A program made the position numbers and the translations under genes. A DNA stretch of 32,000 nucleotides. It comes from Planctomycetales bacterium. Its GTDB lineage: Bacteria; 4484-113; JAFGCY01. The notes beneath the pieces were generated by a model. The model was not told the origin of the DNA. It saw only the letters and a program-made list of their open reading frames with translations, and did not search any database. The stretch covers positions 1,680,001 through 1,712,000 of the forward strand of contig CP060262.1 of NCBI GenBank assembly GCA_022646745.1. Direction: 5' to 3'. Positions 1-9,929 of the stretch are shown here, in pieces. Within the stretch, counting starts at the first letter, position 1. The number at the start of each line of letters is the position of its first letter.

Positions 1-191
1 GCGGGTCTGACCCTGCGGCTGCGCATTCGCGCATCCGGGTCGGGTTGAACTTGCAGGTGATTGGGAGGTGCTTCGGGCAGGAGGAGTGGAACTTGTTTCA
101 CTCCGGTATGCAAACTGCCGAGCGCTTGCGTGAGGCAGCAGGAGATTCGGGTCTGGCGTTAGAATCAGTGTAGCAATCCCGGAGGCTGATC

Positions 192-3100
192 ATGTCCGGA
201 ACCGATTCCTGCAAAACCTGCTTCGCGATTTCCCCAAAGCATGCGTACCTTATTTCGCTGCTGATGTTGCTCCTGTGCTGCCAGCCCCACCTGCAGCCCG
301 CTACCACTACGGCGCTTCCACAGGGGCAGGCTACCACCGGACGCACTGAACTGATCCTGGCGGCCCAGGCCCCGGTGGAGGAGTACAAGGCCCCGCCCGG
401 CGTTGACCAGGACAGGGTGATCGCCTACCACAACCAGGGCAACCAGTTCCTCGCACTCGAGATGTGGGATGATGCCGAGGCCCAGTTCCGCGAGGCGATC
501 CGCCTCGATCCCAACAACCCTTATTCCTACAACGGCCTGGCGCTGGCTCAGTACGGCCGCGGTGAGTACCCACTGGCCATCACGTCCTGCCAGCAGGCGA
601 TCAGCCTGCAGCCCGGCTACGCCTACGTGCGCTGCACGCTGGCGCTGGCCCTGTTCCAGTCAGGCAGCCGCGGTGCCGCCGTCGAGGTGCTGGAGGAAGC
701 CCAGGCCCTGTCCGCCCCCGGTGAGGAGGCCTACACACTGGCAACGGCATTGCTTACGCGCTTCCGCCAGAAGCTGGCAGACGAGCCGGGCAGCGCGATG
801 TTCAGCCTGCAGGCCGGCGATGACTCCGTCGCGGCTTTCCTCCAGCAGCGTGAAAGCTTCGAGGACATCTTCGTCAGCAGCCCCTTCACGGCCGGCAGCA
901 CGGCTCCGGGGGCGGCCTCAGCAGAGTATGAGCGGCTGCGGGCGGCCAAGGTGGCGCAGGTGCTCAGCGACAGCGCGGACCTGGTGCAGGCCGCTGCCGG
1001 CCTCGATCCGGTGCTGCGGGAATTGGAATCCGTTGTCAACAACGCAGCGAATGAACTGGCAGACGCCATCCCGGCCCAGCAGGGACTGGCGGCGCATATC
1101 CGTGAGCGCAATGCGGCCCTGGCGGGGGAGCAGCGTGAGGCCGCGGATTTCCTCGCCCGGTTGGACACGGGTTCGAAGGACGAATTCGTGCGCAGCTCAC
1201 TGGAGTACCAGCGCAGCCTGATGGCGATGCGGCTCGGCAGCCTGCAGCTGCAGCAGGTTGACAACCTGATCAAGCAGGCCGCTGTACTGGTGGCCACTTC
1301 CCGCGGCGGGATGGGTGCTTCCGCCGCGGACTATGAACAGCGGCTGCTGGCCGGGCTGGCCGTGCATGACCGCGAGGCCGGGCGCAAGGCGCGGCTGGAC
1401 CATGCGCTGCACTATGTTGACGACGGCCTGCGCGCGCTGGACACCGCGGACTACTACTACGGGCTGGAGGCCGTGGCCTTCATGCGCACCGAGATGGCCA
1501 GCGTGCGCTTCCGGGCGATGAACCTGCGCACCTCGGACCGCATCGACAAAGAGAGTGCCCGGCTGGCACTCGGTACGGTGGACTGGCTGGATGCCCTGTC
1601 CCGTGAGCTGCAGGAACAGTTTGACAACATGGACACCAGCCGCCTGCTGGACGATGCGGAGCTGCGAGCGATGGCGGATGATGCTCCGGGTGGGGCATTG
1701 CGCGCGGCAATGTTCGTGCTGTCAATCGACACGGCATATGCCGATGACAAGGTCTACTCACAGAATGTGCAGCGCGCCTTACAGCGTGACAGGCGGCTGT
1801 TCGACCGCTCCACCTCGGAATATGAAGGCATCCCGCATGCCATCGGTGGGATGGTGCGTGCCACGCAGGACCTGGCCGGCTCCACGGTGGATACGCTGGA
1901 TGCGCTGGTCAGCACGGCGGTGATCCCGGTGGCCGGCGCCTGGTACGGCGACAGTGGGCAGGAGATCTGGCGCGAGATCAAGGGCAAGTACACGGCGGTG
2001 GGCGAGAACTACCGCAACGGAACCAGCGGCACGCGGGTGTTCCGCACCGCGACTGAATACATGGAGGCGACGGAGGGATACGCCGAGCAGGCCGCCTCGA
2101 AGACGGTACGGGTACTGAGCGATGCCACGGTTGGCGGCGGCAACTTCGCCCCCTGGCTGGCAGGCAAGCTGGCCAAGACCGGGGTCGGGATGTTCACCGC
2201 TATGGGCAAGGGTGTCAACAAGGTGCTGGACCCGACCTCCACCCCCGGTGAAGTGAGCCACGGTGTGCTGCATATCGGACTGACCGTTGCCTCCGCCGGC
2301 ACCGGCGGGCTGAGTGCCCCGGTGGAAGGTGTCAGCAATGCCGTGCGCACCGCGGCCGGGATGGGTGCCAACGGCGGCATGCGGGAACTGACGGCGGCAC
2401 TCGGACAGGGCTACCTGACGGACAGCGGCAAGGAGCTGCTGGAGTGGGGCGAGGACTATGGCACGGGCTTCGAGCGCCGGCCCAACCCTTTCCTGCCCGG
2501 CGGGCCGCAGATCAGCACTCCACCGACCGGCTCTGCACCGGGCACTGGACAGCCGGCGGCGGCGGGCAGTGGCAACCAGGCGGGAAACACCGGCGGCAGT
2601 GGCGGGAACGGTGCGGGTGGCAACCCGCAGGGTGATGCGGGCAACAGCGGCACTGACGGCGATGGCGATGGCAACGCCGGCAATGGTGGTGGCGCTGCCG
2701 GGCAGCCTTCCGGCGGGTCGGGAGGCAGTGGCGGCGCAGGCGGCAATGCACCAGGCGGCACGGCCAGTTCCGGCGGAGGCAACGGCGCTGGCAACGGCAG
2801 CGGTGGATCCGGTGAAGGCCTGCCATCCGAGGACACGGTGCCGGACAGTGACCTGCCGAGCTGCAGCATCACCGCCAGCACACTGGCCGGTCCGGCACCG
2901 CTTACGGTGAGTTTCAGCATGGTGGGCTGGGATGCCAGCCGCAACATGATCACGCGCTTCGAGTTCAGCGGCACGGGCATATCCGGCTGGGAAGTTGGCA
3001 ACAGGCATACCCAGAAGTTCGATAGCCCGGGTGAGTACAAGGTGCAGGCAGTCGCGATCGATGCACAGGGCCGGCGCTCCCTGCCCGCTGAGCTGACGAT

Positions 3101-3980
3101 CAATGCCTATGGCAAGCCGAAGGCGGTACTGGGCAGCGTGCCGGCGGGGGGCTATGCCCCGCTGCAGCTCAACCTGGACTTCAGTGGCAGCACGGCCAGC
3201 GGCGAGGGTGTGCAGAAGTACGAATTCAATGACGGCAAGGGCGGGGTGCACAACGGCAGCTCAGTCAGCCTGCAGTATGACGCTCCCGGTGGCCGCAAGC
3301 AGTACACGGTCTCGCTCACGGTGTATGACGCCAATGGCAACGCCAGTGAGCCGGTGACGGCCAGCTTCTCTGTCTACAGCGAACCGGTGGCAGCGATCCT
3401 GCTGGGCACCGAACTCGGCGCGGCCCCGCTCGATGTGGCGGTTGACGGCACGGCCAGCCAATGCTTCAACGGCCAGTTCAGCAAGGTTGAGATCACGGAT
3501 ACTGCCGGCCATTCCGCCAGCGGGTCGCTGAGCACCAGCTTCCGTTATGAGGAACCCGGCACATACACGATCACGCTCGCCGTGACGGATGCTGGCGGGA
3601 AGACATCGAAGGTCAGTGCCTCGGTCGAAGTGACGAAGCAGATCCTGCAGGGTGTGCTGAGCGGCAGCTTCTCGGAGCCGGCCCCGGGCCGCCTGGAGCT
3701 GACGCTGAATGCGGCGGAGCGCAGCTTCACGGGATTCGTGAGCGGCGTTGTCAACTGGAAATGGGGCGACATGAGTGGCAGCGTGCCCTACTCCGGCAAC
3801 CTGTCGGGATCCTATGACCCGGACAGTGGTGCACTGAGCGGGACCCTGACCGGGGTCTGCGACGGCAAGCCCTATTCCGGTACATTCTCCGGCACAGCCA
3901 GCGGTGGCAGCGCTTCCGGCGGCTGGACCGCTGCCAACGAGGACGGTTCCTATGAGGGCAGCTGGAAGGCCGGCGGTTAG
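192..3980 (+). CDS. Large secreted multidomain protein: TPR repeats, long helical region, Gly/Asn/Ser/Ala low-complexity linker, three PKD-like Ig-fold repeats, Ser/Gly-rich C-terminal domain
   Basis: 1262-aa ORF with a GGAGG motif at 183-187, 4 nt upstream of the ATG. The N-terminal hydrophobic segment 'LISLLMLLLCC' looks like a signal peptide. TPR-like text: 'AYHNQGNQFLALEMWDDAEAQFREAIRLDPNNPYSYNGLALA'. Low-complexity G/N/S/A linker at about nt 2490-2830. Three PKD-like repeats at about nt 2860-3640, e.g. 'APLTVSFS...GEYKVQAVAIDAQG', 'APLQLNLDFSGS...YTVSLTVYDANGN', 'APLDVAVDGT...GTYTITLAVTDAGG'. Confidence 0.85.
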   Translation: MSGTDSCKTCFAISPKHAYLISLLMLLLCCQPHLQPATTTALPQGQATTGRTELILAAQAPVEEYKAPPGVDQDRVIAYHNQGNQFLALEMWDDAEAQFREAIRLDPNNPYSYNGLALAQYGRGEYPLAITSCQQAISLQPGYAYVRCTLALALFQSGSRGAAVEVLEEAQALSAPGEEAYTLATALLTRFRQKLADEPGSAMFSLQAGDDSVAAFLQQRESFEDIFVSSPFTAGSTAPGAASAEYERLRAAKVAQVLSDSADLVQAAAGLDPVLRELESVVNNAANELADAIPAQQGLAAHIRERNAALAGEQREAADFLARLDTGSKDEFVRSSLEYQRSLMAMRLGSLQLQQVDNLIKQAAVLVATSRGGMGASAADYEQRLLAGLAVHDREAGRKARLDHALHYVDDGLRALDTADYYYGLEAVAFMRTEMASVRFRAMNLRTSDRIDKESARLALGTVDWLDALSRELQEQFDNMDTSRLLDDAELRAMADDAPGGALRAAMFVLSIDTAYADDKVYSQNVQRALQRDRRLFDRSTSEYEGIPHAIGGMVRATQDLAGSTVDTLDALVSTAVIPVAGAWYGDSGQEIWREIKGKYTAVGENYRNGTSGTRVFRTATEYMEATEGYAEQAASKTVRVLSDATVGGGNFAPWLAGKLAKTGVGMFTAMGKGVNKVLDPTSTPGEVSHGVLHIGLTVASAGTGGLSAPVEGVSNAVRTAAGMGANGGMRELTAALGQGYLTDSGKELLEWGEDYGTGFERRPNPFLPGGPQISTPPTGSAPGTGQPAAAGSGNQAGNTGGSGGNGAGGNPQGDAGNSGTDGDGDGNAGNGGGAAGQPSGGSGGSGGAGGNAPGGTASSGGGNGAGNGSGGSGEGLPSEDTVPDSDLPSCSITASTLAGPAPLTVSFSMVGWDASRNMITRFEFSGTGISGWEVGNRHTQKFDSPGEYKVQAVAIDAQGRRSLPAELTINAYGKPKAVLGSVPAGGYAPLQLNLDFSGSTASGEGVQKYEFNDGKGGVHNGSSVSLQYDAPGGRKQYTVSLTVYDANGNASEPVTASFSVYSEPVAAILLGTELGAAPLDVAVDGTASQCFNGQFSKVEITDTAGHSASGSLSTSFRYEEPGTYTITLAVTDAGGKTSKVSASVEVTKQILQGVLSGSFSEPAPGRLELTLNAAERSFTGFVSGVVNWKWGDMSGSVPYSGNLSGSYDPDSGALSGTLTGVCDGKPYSGTFSGTASGGSASGGWTAANEDGSYEGSWKAGG

Positions 3981-3987
3981 CAGCGGA

Positions 3988-5604
3988 TCAGCGGCCGAGC
4001 CTGTCCGCCAGCTGGGCTTCGTAGAGTGACAGCGGTTCCACCGGGCCGTTGTTCCAGTGCTCCCAGTGCGCGCCGTTTGGCTTGAGCCGCTTCTTCAGGC
4101 CGGGGTCCTCGCCCCAGCGCATGTTACCGCTCATCCACTTCGATTCGCAGCCGATGGCGTAATTCTGGGCCAGCGGAGGCTTCTCGCAGGCGATGCCGGC
4201 CCCCGGCGCGCGGCAGTTCCACAGCACGCAGTAAGCCGCGCTCCAGCCATGCCCGGTGCCGTAGTTGCTGCGGTTCCACAGCCCGAGCACGAGCTGGGTG
4301 TCCGGCTTTTCAAACGTGATGTTGTCATACAGCGTGCCGGTGCTGTAGCGGTGGTGCGGTTCGCTTGAGGAATGCGTGCCGCGCGACTGGCAAGCGGTGA
4401 ACACGGTGCCCGCGCTGCGGTTGGTGGCAACGGCGAAATCATGCCGCCCGCCCTCCGCCAGGCAGCCCTTCACCAGGTGGTTCTGCCCGCCGCAGTTGAA
4501 GCTGTAGCGCCGCCCGCCCACGACCTGCGACTTTGGCGAGAGGCTGCTGCAGTTGAACACCGAGCCGTGGTAGCTTTCATGTCCGAAGCTGACGAGCGCG
4601 AAGCCGAAGTGGCGGCTGGTCACATTGCGCACCCAGATGTTGCGGCAGTAGTCGAACTCGACGCCGGTCCAGCCGTGGTCCTCGTCCGTTTCGGAGGCAT
4701 AGTCGCTCACGAGCTGCAGGTCCTCCACGCCGATGTTGTCAATCAGCACGGACTCGTCGTAGCGGTACACGAAGCTGTCCGCCCAGTCGCGGTCGAGGTC
4801 GTGGAACAGCGGTACGTTGAAGCCCAGGGTGTTGCCGTTGACCGCCGTCACGCGGCGCAGGTAGCGCAGGTCTCGGCTGCCGGCGGTCCACTGCGTGATC
4901 TTCTCCGTGCGGCTTTCCGGGATGCGGTCCATCCCGAGCTCGCTGATCCACTTGTCCGTGCTCGGACGCTGCACCACGACCAGCTGGCCGACCTGGTACA
5001 GCGAGGCTTCCTGCACCCGCAGGCTGCGCGCCCCGAGTGGCACGAAGTCCTGCGCCACTGCTGAGCGCGTGCGTGCAATCTCGGGATAGGCCGGCAGCTT
5101 GCCATCCGGCCTGGCGAGGATCAGGCTGCGCTGGCCCTTGCCGGCGGCGCGCAGCACAGTGCCACCAGGGCCCTGGCCACTGCCCCGGACCACGATGCCA
5201 CTGGCGGAAATGCGCAGTGTGCCGTCAATGCGGAACTCGCCGGGGCCAAGCAGCAGGCAGCCGCGGAAGCCGTCACTGCCGGGCTTGCGCTGGGCGAGGG
5301 CATCGAGGCTGCGCTGGATGCGCCGCGTGTCATCGCCACTGCCGGGCTTGAGTTCCATCACGGCGGGGACAGCCGGAGGCTGGCGGCCATCGGCGAAGTA
5401 ACCGGCGTAGCTGAAGTCCGGGATGCGGTTGCCACGTTCGTCCGCGCTGTACTGCAGCCGGCCATCGGGGCCGGGCCAGACGAGCGTGCTGTTTGACGCC
5501 TGGCGTGCGTCCGCCTCATTACGCCAGAGCACGAGCGCGGTGCCGGCCGCCAGCAGCAGCATGGCGACTGTGAGCAGGTTCCTGAATGATGGCATTGGGA
5601 TCAT
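3988..5604 (-). CDS. Secreted right-handed beta-helix protein (pectate lyase superfamily-like)
   Basis: The track ORF is 3988-5742. I prefer the internal ATG at 5604 because it gives a classic signal peptide, 'MIPMPSFRNLLTVAMLLLAAGTALVLW'. The N-terminal module 'IPDFSYAGY...GSGDDTRRIQRSLDAL...LLLGPGEFRIDGTLRISASGIVVRGSG' resembles the start of Pectate_lyase_3-type beta-helix proteins. The family call rests on memory of motifs only. Confidence 0.7.
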   Translation of the reverse strand: MIPMPSFRNLLTVAMLLLAAGTALVLWRNEADARQASNSTLVWPGPDGRLQYSADERGNRIPDFSYAGYFADGRQPPAVPAVMELKPGSGDDTRRIQRSLDALAQRKPGSDGFRGCLLLGPGEFRIDGTLRISASGIVVRGSGQGPGGTVLRAAGKGQRSLILARPDGKLPAYPEIARTRSAVAQDFVPLGARSLRVQEASLYQVGQLVVVQRPSTDKWISELGMDRIPESRTEKITQWTAGSRDLRYLRRVTAVNGNTLGFNVPLFHDLDRDWADSFVYRYDESVLIDNIGVEDLQLVSDYASETDEDHGWTGVEFDYCRNIWVRNVTSRHFGFALVSFGHESYHGSVFNCSSLSPKSQVVGGRRYSFNCGGQNHLVKGCLAEGGRHDFAVATNRSAGTVFTACQSRGTHSSSEPHHRYSTGTLYDNITFEKPDTQLVLGLWNRSNYGTGHGWSAAYCVLWNCRAPGAGIACEKPPLAQNYAIGCESKWMSGNMRWGEDPGLKKRLKPNGAHWEHWNNGPVEPLSLYEAQLADRLGR

Positions 5605-5711
5605 GCTTAAATGATCGGGAATGCGGGCAGGCTGGTAAAGTGCGAGGTGCATGAACAGCACGGCCGCTGACCGAGTCTGTGAAGCAGGAAGCATCACTGG
5701 GGAATGTGGAA

Positions 5712-6560
5712 ATGATTGCAAGATATATCTGGCTGGCAACAATCGCCGGCATGCTGCTGGTCGCCAATGCGGCTATGGCGCAGGAAGGGGATGCTGAAAG
5801 CCTAAGCGAAGAGGAACGGCTGAAACGGGTGCTGGACCATTCAGCGGAGGAAACCGTCCTGCTTGAGATCACCCTGCCGCTGGCAATCCAGTTTGACTCT
5901 GAAGGCAGTGATCCATTCCCTGAAAACGTCAGGGAAGCTGAAACCATCAAGCTGGCGGCGACATACTATGCGATCAGTACGCTCGATTTCTCCGTCAGTC
6001 CGCAGGAACTGGTTGACAGCGGCTTCTGGCCTGTGACCCATTTCCCGGCAGGCATTGACATGCACAAGCCGCTCGGCAATATTCCCGGCAGTTCAAACCA
6101 GTCCAGTGGCAAGAAGACCTATGAATTCATGGTGCAGGGTGCCAACAGCCCGGGCTGGCTCGCGGATGCCCGCCGGGACATCCTGCTGGGCTGGTACCAT
6201 GACCAGGACGTCGATGAGCTTGCGCGGGATTTTGACAGTTACGAACTGGCTTCCGCATTCTGGACCAACCCCTACAGCGGCGAGGCGATGCAGGAAAGTG
6301 ATCAGCCGGGGGACTTCGAGCAGATTGACGCTGAGCAGTATGGGATCGTGTATCGCACACAGGCAGTGAGGGAACGTGTCGGCGATGCGGAGCTCAGGTT
6401 GCCGCTGATGAACTATGTGGAGCGCCATGTGTTCTTCAGCCGTCCCGGAGTCACAAGCAACAACATCCAGACCAACTCGAACTACGATTCACAGTATCGC
6501 GATCAGACCAGGTCTGCGCCGCCGGAAGCTGAAGACGCGGAAACGGCAAAGGATCAATAG
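5712..6560 (+). CDS. Secreted hypothetical protein
   Basis: The ORF opens at GTG 5679. The ATG at 5712 gives the signal-peptide-like 'MIARYIWLATIAGMLLVANAAMAQE'. Acidic, with no recognised domain. The choice of start (5679 or 5712) is uncertain. Confidence 0.6.
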   Translation: MIARYIWLATIAGMLLVANAAMAQEGDAESLSEEERLKRVLDHSAEETVLLEITLPLAIQFDSEGSDPFPENVREAETIKLAATYYAISTLDFSVSPQELVDSGFWPVTHFPAGIDMHKPLGNIPGSSNQSSGKKTYEFMVQGANSPGWLADARRDILLGWYHDQDVDELARDFDSYELASAFWTNPYSGEAMQESDQPGDFEQIDAEQYGIVYRTQAVRERVGDAELRLPLMNYVERHVFFSRPGVTSNNIQTNSNYDSQYRDQTRSAPPEAEDAETAKDQ

Positions 6561-6596
6561 AGCAGGAGCTACCGCTTCAGCCGCTACACTGCGGGT

Positions 6597-8018
6597 ATGT
6601 CCGCAGATGCAAACAAGACCAACCGCGTCACCGCGCCCTGGGACCTGTCCCTGATCCGGGAGCTGCCGCTGGACGGCTGGCAGGCCGTTGACACGGCGCT
6701 GGATACCGCACGGACCCTGGCTGACAACTATGATGCCCGCCTGAGTGTTGCGGAGCGCATCGGCATACTCACCCGCGCGCGTAACCTGATGCAGCACCGG
6801 GCTGAGGAGCTGGCTGTGCAGGCCGCGCGTGAGGGTGGCAAGCCGCTGGTGGACAGCCGCGTGGAGGTCACGCGGGCCATCAACGGCTTTGACATCGCAA
6901 TCAATACACTGGGCACGATGACGGGTGAAACGATCCCGATGGGGCTCAACGCTGCCAGCCTGGGACGCACGGCCTGGACGATGCCGGAGCCGATCGGCGT
7001 GGTGGCGGCGATATCCGCCTTCAACCATCCGGTCAACCTGATCGTCCACCAGGCGGTGCCGGCCATCGCCGTTGGCTGCCCGGTGATTGTCAAGCCGGCG
7101 GACGGCACGCCGCTATCGGCCTATTCCGTGGTGGAGATCCTGCATGAAGCCGGCCTGCCGCCGGAGTATTGCCAGGTACTGCTGACGGACATCCCAGACG
7201 CCGAGAAGCTGGCAACGGATACGCGGGTGGACTACCTCAGTTTCATAGGCTCGCAGAAGGTGGGATGGATGCTGCGCTCGAAGCTGGCTCCCGGCACACG
7301 CCTGGCACTGGAGCATGGCGGCACGGCACCGGTGATCCTCGGGGAGGACGCACTGGCAATTGAGCCGCAGCAATTGCTGGCCCCGCTGGCCAAGGGTGCC
7401 TTCTACCACAGCGGGCAGGTCTGCGTCAGCGTGCAGCGGATCTACGGCTGCAAGGGCATTGCCACTTCCATTGCCCATGAACTGGCAGAGATCGCCAGCG
7501 GGCTGAAGGTCGGCGACCCCACGCTGCCGGATACTGAGTGCGGCCCGCTGATCCGTCCCGGCGAGGTTGACAGGGTGGAGAGCTGGGTGAACGAGGCGGT
7601 GTCGGCTGGAGCGCAGCTGCTGTGCGGAGGCCAGAGGCTGAGCGATACCTGTTATGCGCCGACGGTGCTGCTGGACCCGCCGGACGATGCGTTGGTCACG
7701 CGCGAGGAAATCTTCGGCCCGGTGGCCTGTGTGTACAGCAGTGACACGGTTGACGATGCGATCCGCCGTGCCAACGATTCACCCTATGCTTTCCAGGCTT
7801 CAGTGTTCACAAAGGACATTGACGTTGCCATGCACTGCGTCAGGCGCCTCAATGCTGCGGCGGTGATGGTGAACGACCATACGGCCTTCCGGGTGGACTG
7901 GATGCCATTTGGTGGCCGCAAGCTGAGCGGGCTGGGCGTGGGCGGGATCAACTACGCGATGCGTGACATGTGCCAGGACAAGCTGGTGGTGGTGAAGGAG
8001 GTCAGGCCCATGGCCTGA
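6597..8018 (+). CDS. NAD(P)-dependent aldehyde dehydrogenase family protein
   Basis: 473 aa, the typical ALDH length. General-base block 'ALEHGGTAPVIL' and nucleophile block 'GQVCVSVQRIY'. Also 'IFGPV' and 'PFGGRKLSGLG' near the C-terminus. Substrate is not assignable. Confidence 0.9.
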   Translation: MSADANKTNRVTAPWDLSLIRELPLDGWQAVDTALDTARTLADNYDARLSVAERIGILTRARNLMQHRAEELAVQAAREGGKPLVDSRVEVTRAINGFDIAINTLGTMTGETIPMGLNAASLGRTAWTMPEPIGVVAAISAFNHPVNLIVHQAVPAIAVGCPVIVKPADGTPLSAYSVVEILHEAGLPPEYCQVLLTDIPDAEKLATDTRVDYLSFIGSQKVGWMLRSKLAPGTRLALEHGGTAPVILGEDALAIEPQQLLAPLAKGAFYHSGQVCVSVQRIYGCKGIATSIAHELAEIASGLKVGDPTLPDTECGPLIRPGEVDRVESWVNEAVSAGAQLLCGGQRLSDTCYAPTVLLDPPDDALVTREEIFGPVACVYSSDTVDDAIRRANDSPYAFQASVFTKDIDVAMHCVRRLNAAAVMVNDHTAFRVDWMPFGGRKLSGLGVGGINYAMRDMCQDKLVVVKEVRPMA

Positions 8019-8020
8019 CT

Positions 8021-8306
8021 GTCAGTGGTCGGTGGTCAGTGGTCAAAAGGCAGAAGGCAATAGGCAGGAGGCAGGAACAGAAGCAGAAACAGAAGCAGAA
8101 GCAGAAGCAGAATGAGAAGCAGTTGCAGCAGAGAATAGGGGCATCAGGGTGTGAAAGGTTGCCAAGCAACCCAGACCTTACACAAGCTGCTTCTCATTCT
8201 ATTTCTCATTCTCATTCTCATTCTCCTTCTCATACTCATTCTGCTTCTCATTCACATTCTGCTTCTCATACTCATTCTGTTTCTGGCAACTGTTTACTGT
8301 TTACTG
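8021..8306. repeat. Intergenic imperfect palindrome built from 6-7 nt tandem repeats, between convergent genes
   Basis: The left arm is purine-rich: (TCAGTGG)n, (GCAGAAG)n, (CAGAAG)n, GAGAAT. The right arm carries the complements: (CTTCTC/ATTCTC)n, (CTGTTTA)n. 8109-8122 'agaatgagaagcag' is the exact reverse complement of 8187-8200 'ctgcttctcattct'. A small hairpin ggttgc-caa-gcaacc lies in the central loop at 8157-8171. Confidence 0.85.
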
Positions 8307-9929
8307 TTAACTGCCTTCCCCTTCCGCAATGATCTCCTCCAGCTCGTCGGCCACGGCCAAGGCCGCTGCCAAATGCTCCGCTGAATACTGCAGCATGCGG
8401 AAGTAGTAGATGTAGCCGATGCACAGGAGCAGCAGTGACAGCAGGGGGATCGCAGCCCCGCTGGCGAAGTAACTCTCGCCAAACGCGAACATGGAGAACA
8501 CCAGGATTGTGGCCGGCGCCAGCAGGAGCGTTGCCACCGGCAGCAGCAGGTAGCTGAGCCAGCGTTGCCTCAGCTGCCGCTGATCCTCCCCGCAGAACCA
8601 GGCGGCGTTCCATAGAAGCGTCCAGCAGTGCTCAGCGCCGCGCGCATTCACGGCCTGTGGCCGGCCCGGACGGAACAGCAGCGGCTGCAGGAACACCGGG
8701 CAGGATTCCCGCAGAGCGTCGACCGGCAGGCTGCCCATTGCCATTTCCGCGAGCAGGCCGTGCTGCCCGCATTGCAGCCGCATGCGGTGGTAGTGGAGCA
8801 GGGCATGGCTGTCCAGTGCACGCGCGCCACTGATCGCGAGCATGGCCACAAGTGCCATTCCAAACAGGCTGCCCATCCCCAGTGACGCCTCGCCGCCCTG
8901 CAGGATAGTCAGTGTGAACAGGCCGCCGAGGAGCAGCAGCATGAACAGGGGCATGGCGTATGCCGGGGCCACGAAGCGGCCCATCCAGCTGCCACGCGAC
9001 TGCAGCTCGACCTGCAGTTGGGATGAGAGCAGCGCAAGGCTGCCGCTGCCGGACTGGACCTGCACCTCCGGCGGGACATTGTCATACCAGCCCCGGCCGG
9101 CCTGCAGGCTGCCTTGCGAGCGGAAGTATGCCAGCGCCGGCCGCAGTGCGTTGCCGATATGGCGCAGCAGGAATGCACCGCGCCGGCCCGCGGCCTGCAG
9201 CACCGCCAGCAGCAGCAGTGGCACGGACAGCAGGCAGAACATTGCCAGGTAACCGTCGAAGATTGACAGCAGGAGCATGTAGGCCAGCGGCACTGTGAAG
9301 TGCAGCCAGCGTAGGCCCATCAGCCGCAGGCTGCCCCACAGGCCGGGCCGGGCACCACTGACTGCGAGGTTTCGCGCCAGGCCGTCCAGCAGTTGCCGCA
9401 GCTGCTCATCCGTGGCGCCGGACATAGCTGCCTGCAGGACCTGCTGGGCTGATCCGTCGGCAAGCAGGCTGCGCCGCACATGTTGCCGGTCCCGCTCGAA
9501 CCGGCCGCTGACGAACCCGAGTGCGAATGGCTGCGGCACGTTTCCGCTTGCTTCAAGACCAGGTGCCACGACCCGCGCATACCCGGTTGCCAGCCAGGCG
9601 ATTGCCAGCAAGGCTCCGATGGCTGTCAGTGCAACCTGGGAATCCGCAGCGTTGAAATAGTAGGACCAGGCACTTGAGATTACGAACGGGAGCATTGGGG
9701 AAACTGCACAGGCAATGCCGGCTGCCAGCAGGGCGTAGACAATTGCCAGGCTGCGGCGGCGTTCATCCGCTGCCTTGTCCAGCATGTCCGTGAGTACCCG
9801 TTCAACACGGTCCGCTGCCTCGGCCACGGTTGTGCCGGATACGGCCTGTGGTTGCTCCGCCGGCTCCGTTGCCAGCCTGTCCGCCTTACCACCAGGGGGC
9901 AGTGATTGCGCATTCCGTTCAGCTTCCAT
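8307..9929 (-). CDS. Polytopic (about 8 TM) membrane protein, unknown family, paralog 3 of 3
   Basis: 540 aa. Its ATG lies inside the last codons of the upstream paralog (11-nt overlap, 9919-9929). Four hydrophobic helical hairpins. Shares conserved blocks and the acidic tail 'EIIAEGEGS' with the two upstream genes. Confidence 0.8.
   Translation of the reverse strand: MEAERNAQSLPPGGKADRLATEPAEQPQAVSGTTVAEAADRVERVLTDMLDKAADERRRSLAIVYALLAAGIACAVSPMLPFVISSAWSYYFNAADSQVALTAIGALLAIAWLATGYARVVAPGLEASGNVPQPFALGFVSGRFERDRQHVRRSLLADGSAQQVLQAAMSGATDEQLRQLLDGLARNLAVSGARPGLWGSLRLMGLRWLHFTVPLAYMLLLSIFDGYLAMFCLLSVPLLLLAVLQAAGRRGAFLLRHIGNALRPALAYFRSQGSLQAGRGWYDNVPPEVQVQSGSGSLALLSSQLQVELQSRGSWMGRFVAPAYAMPLFMLLLLGGLFTLTILQGGEASLGMGSLFGMALVAMLAISGARALDSHALLHYHRMRLQCGQHGLLAEMAMGSLPVDALRESCPVFLQPLLFRPGRPQAVNARGAEHCWTLLWNAAWFCGEDQRQLRQRWLSYLLLPVATLLLAPATILVFSMFAFGESYFASGAAIPLLSLLLLCIGYIYYFRMLQYSAEHLAAALAVADELEEIIAEGEGS

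Noticed and set aside
7970-8384. 120-aa and 77-aa plus-strand ORFs ('KQKQKQKQ...SHSHSHS', 'LILILILLLIL')
   Set aside because: They are translations of the tandem hexamer repeats in the intergenic palindrome and overlap the 3' ends of two real genes.
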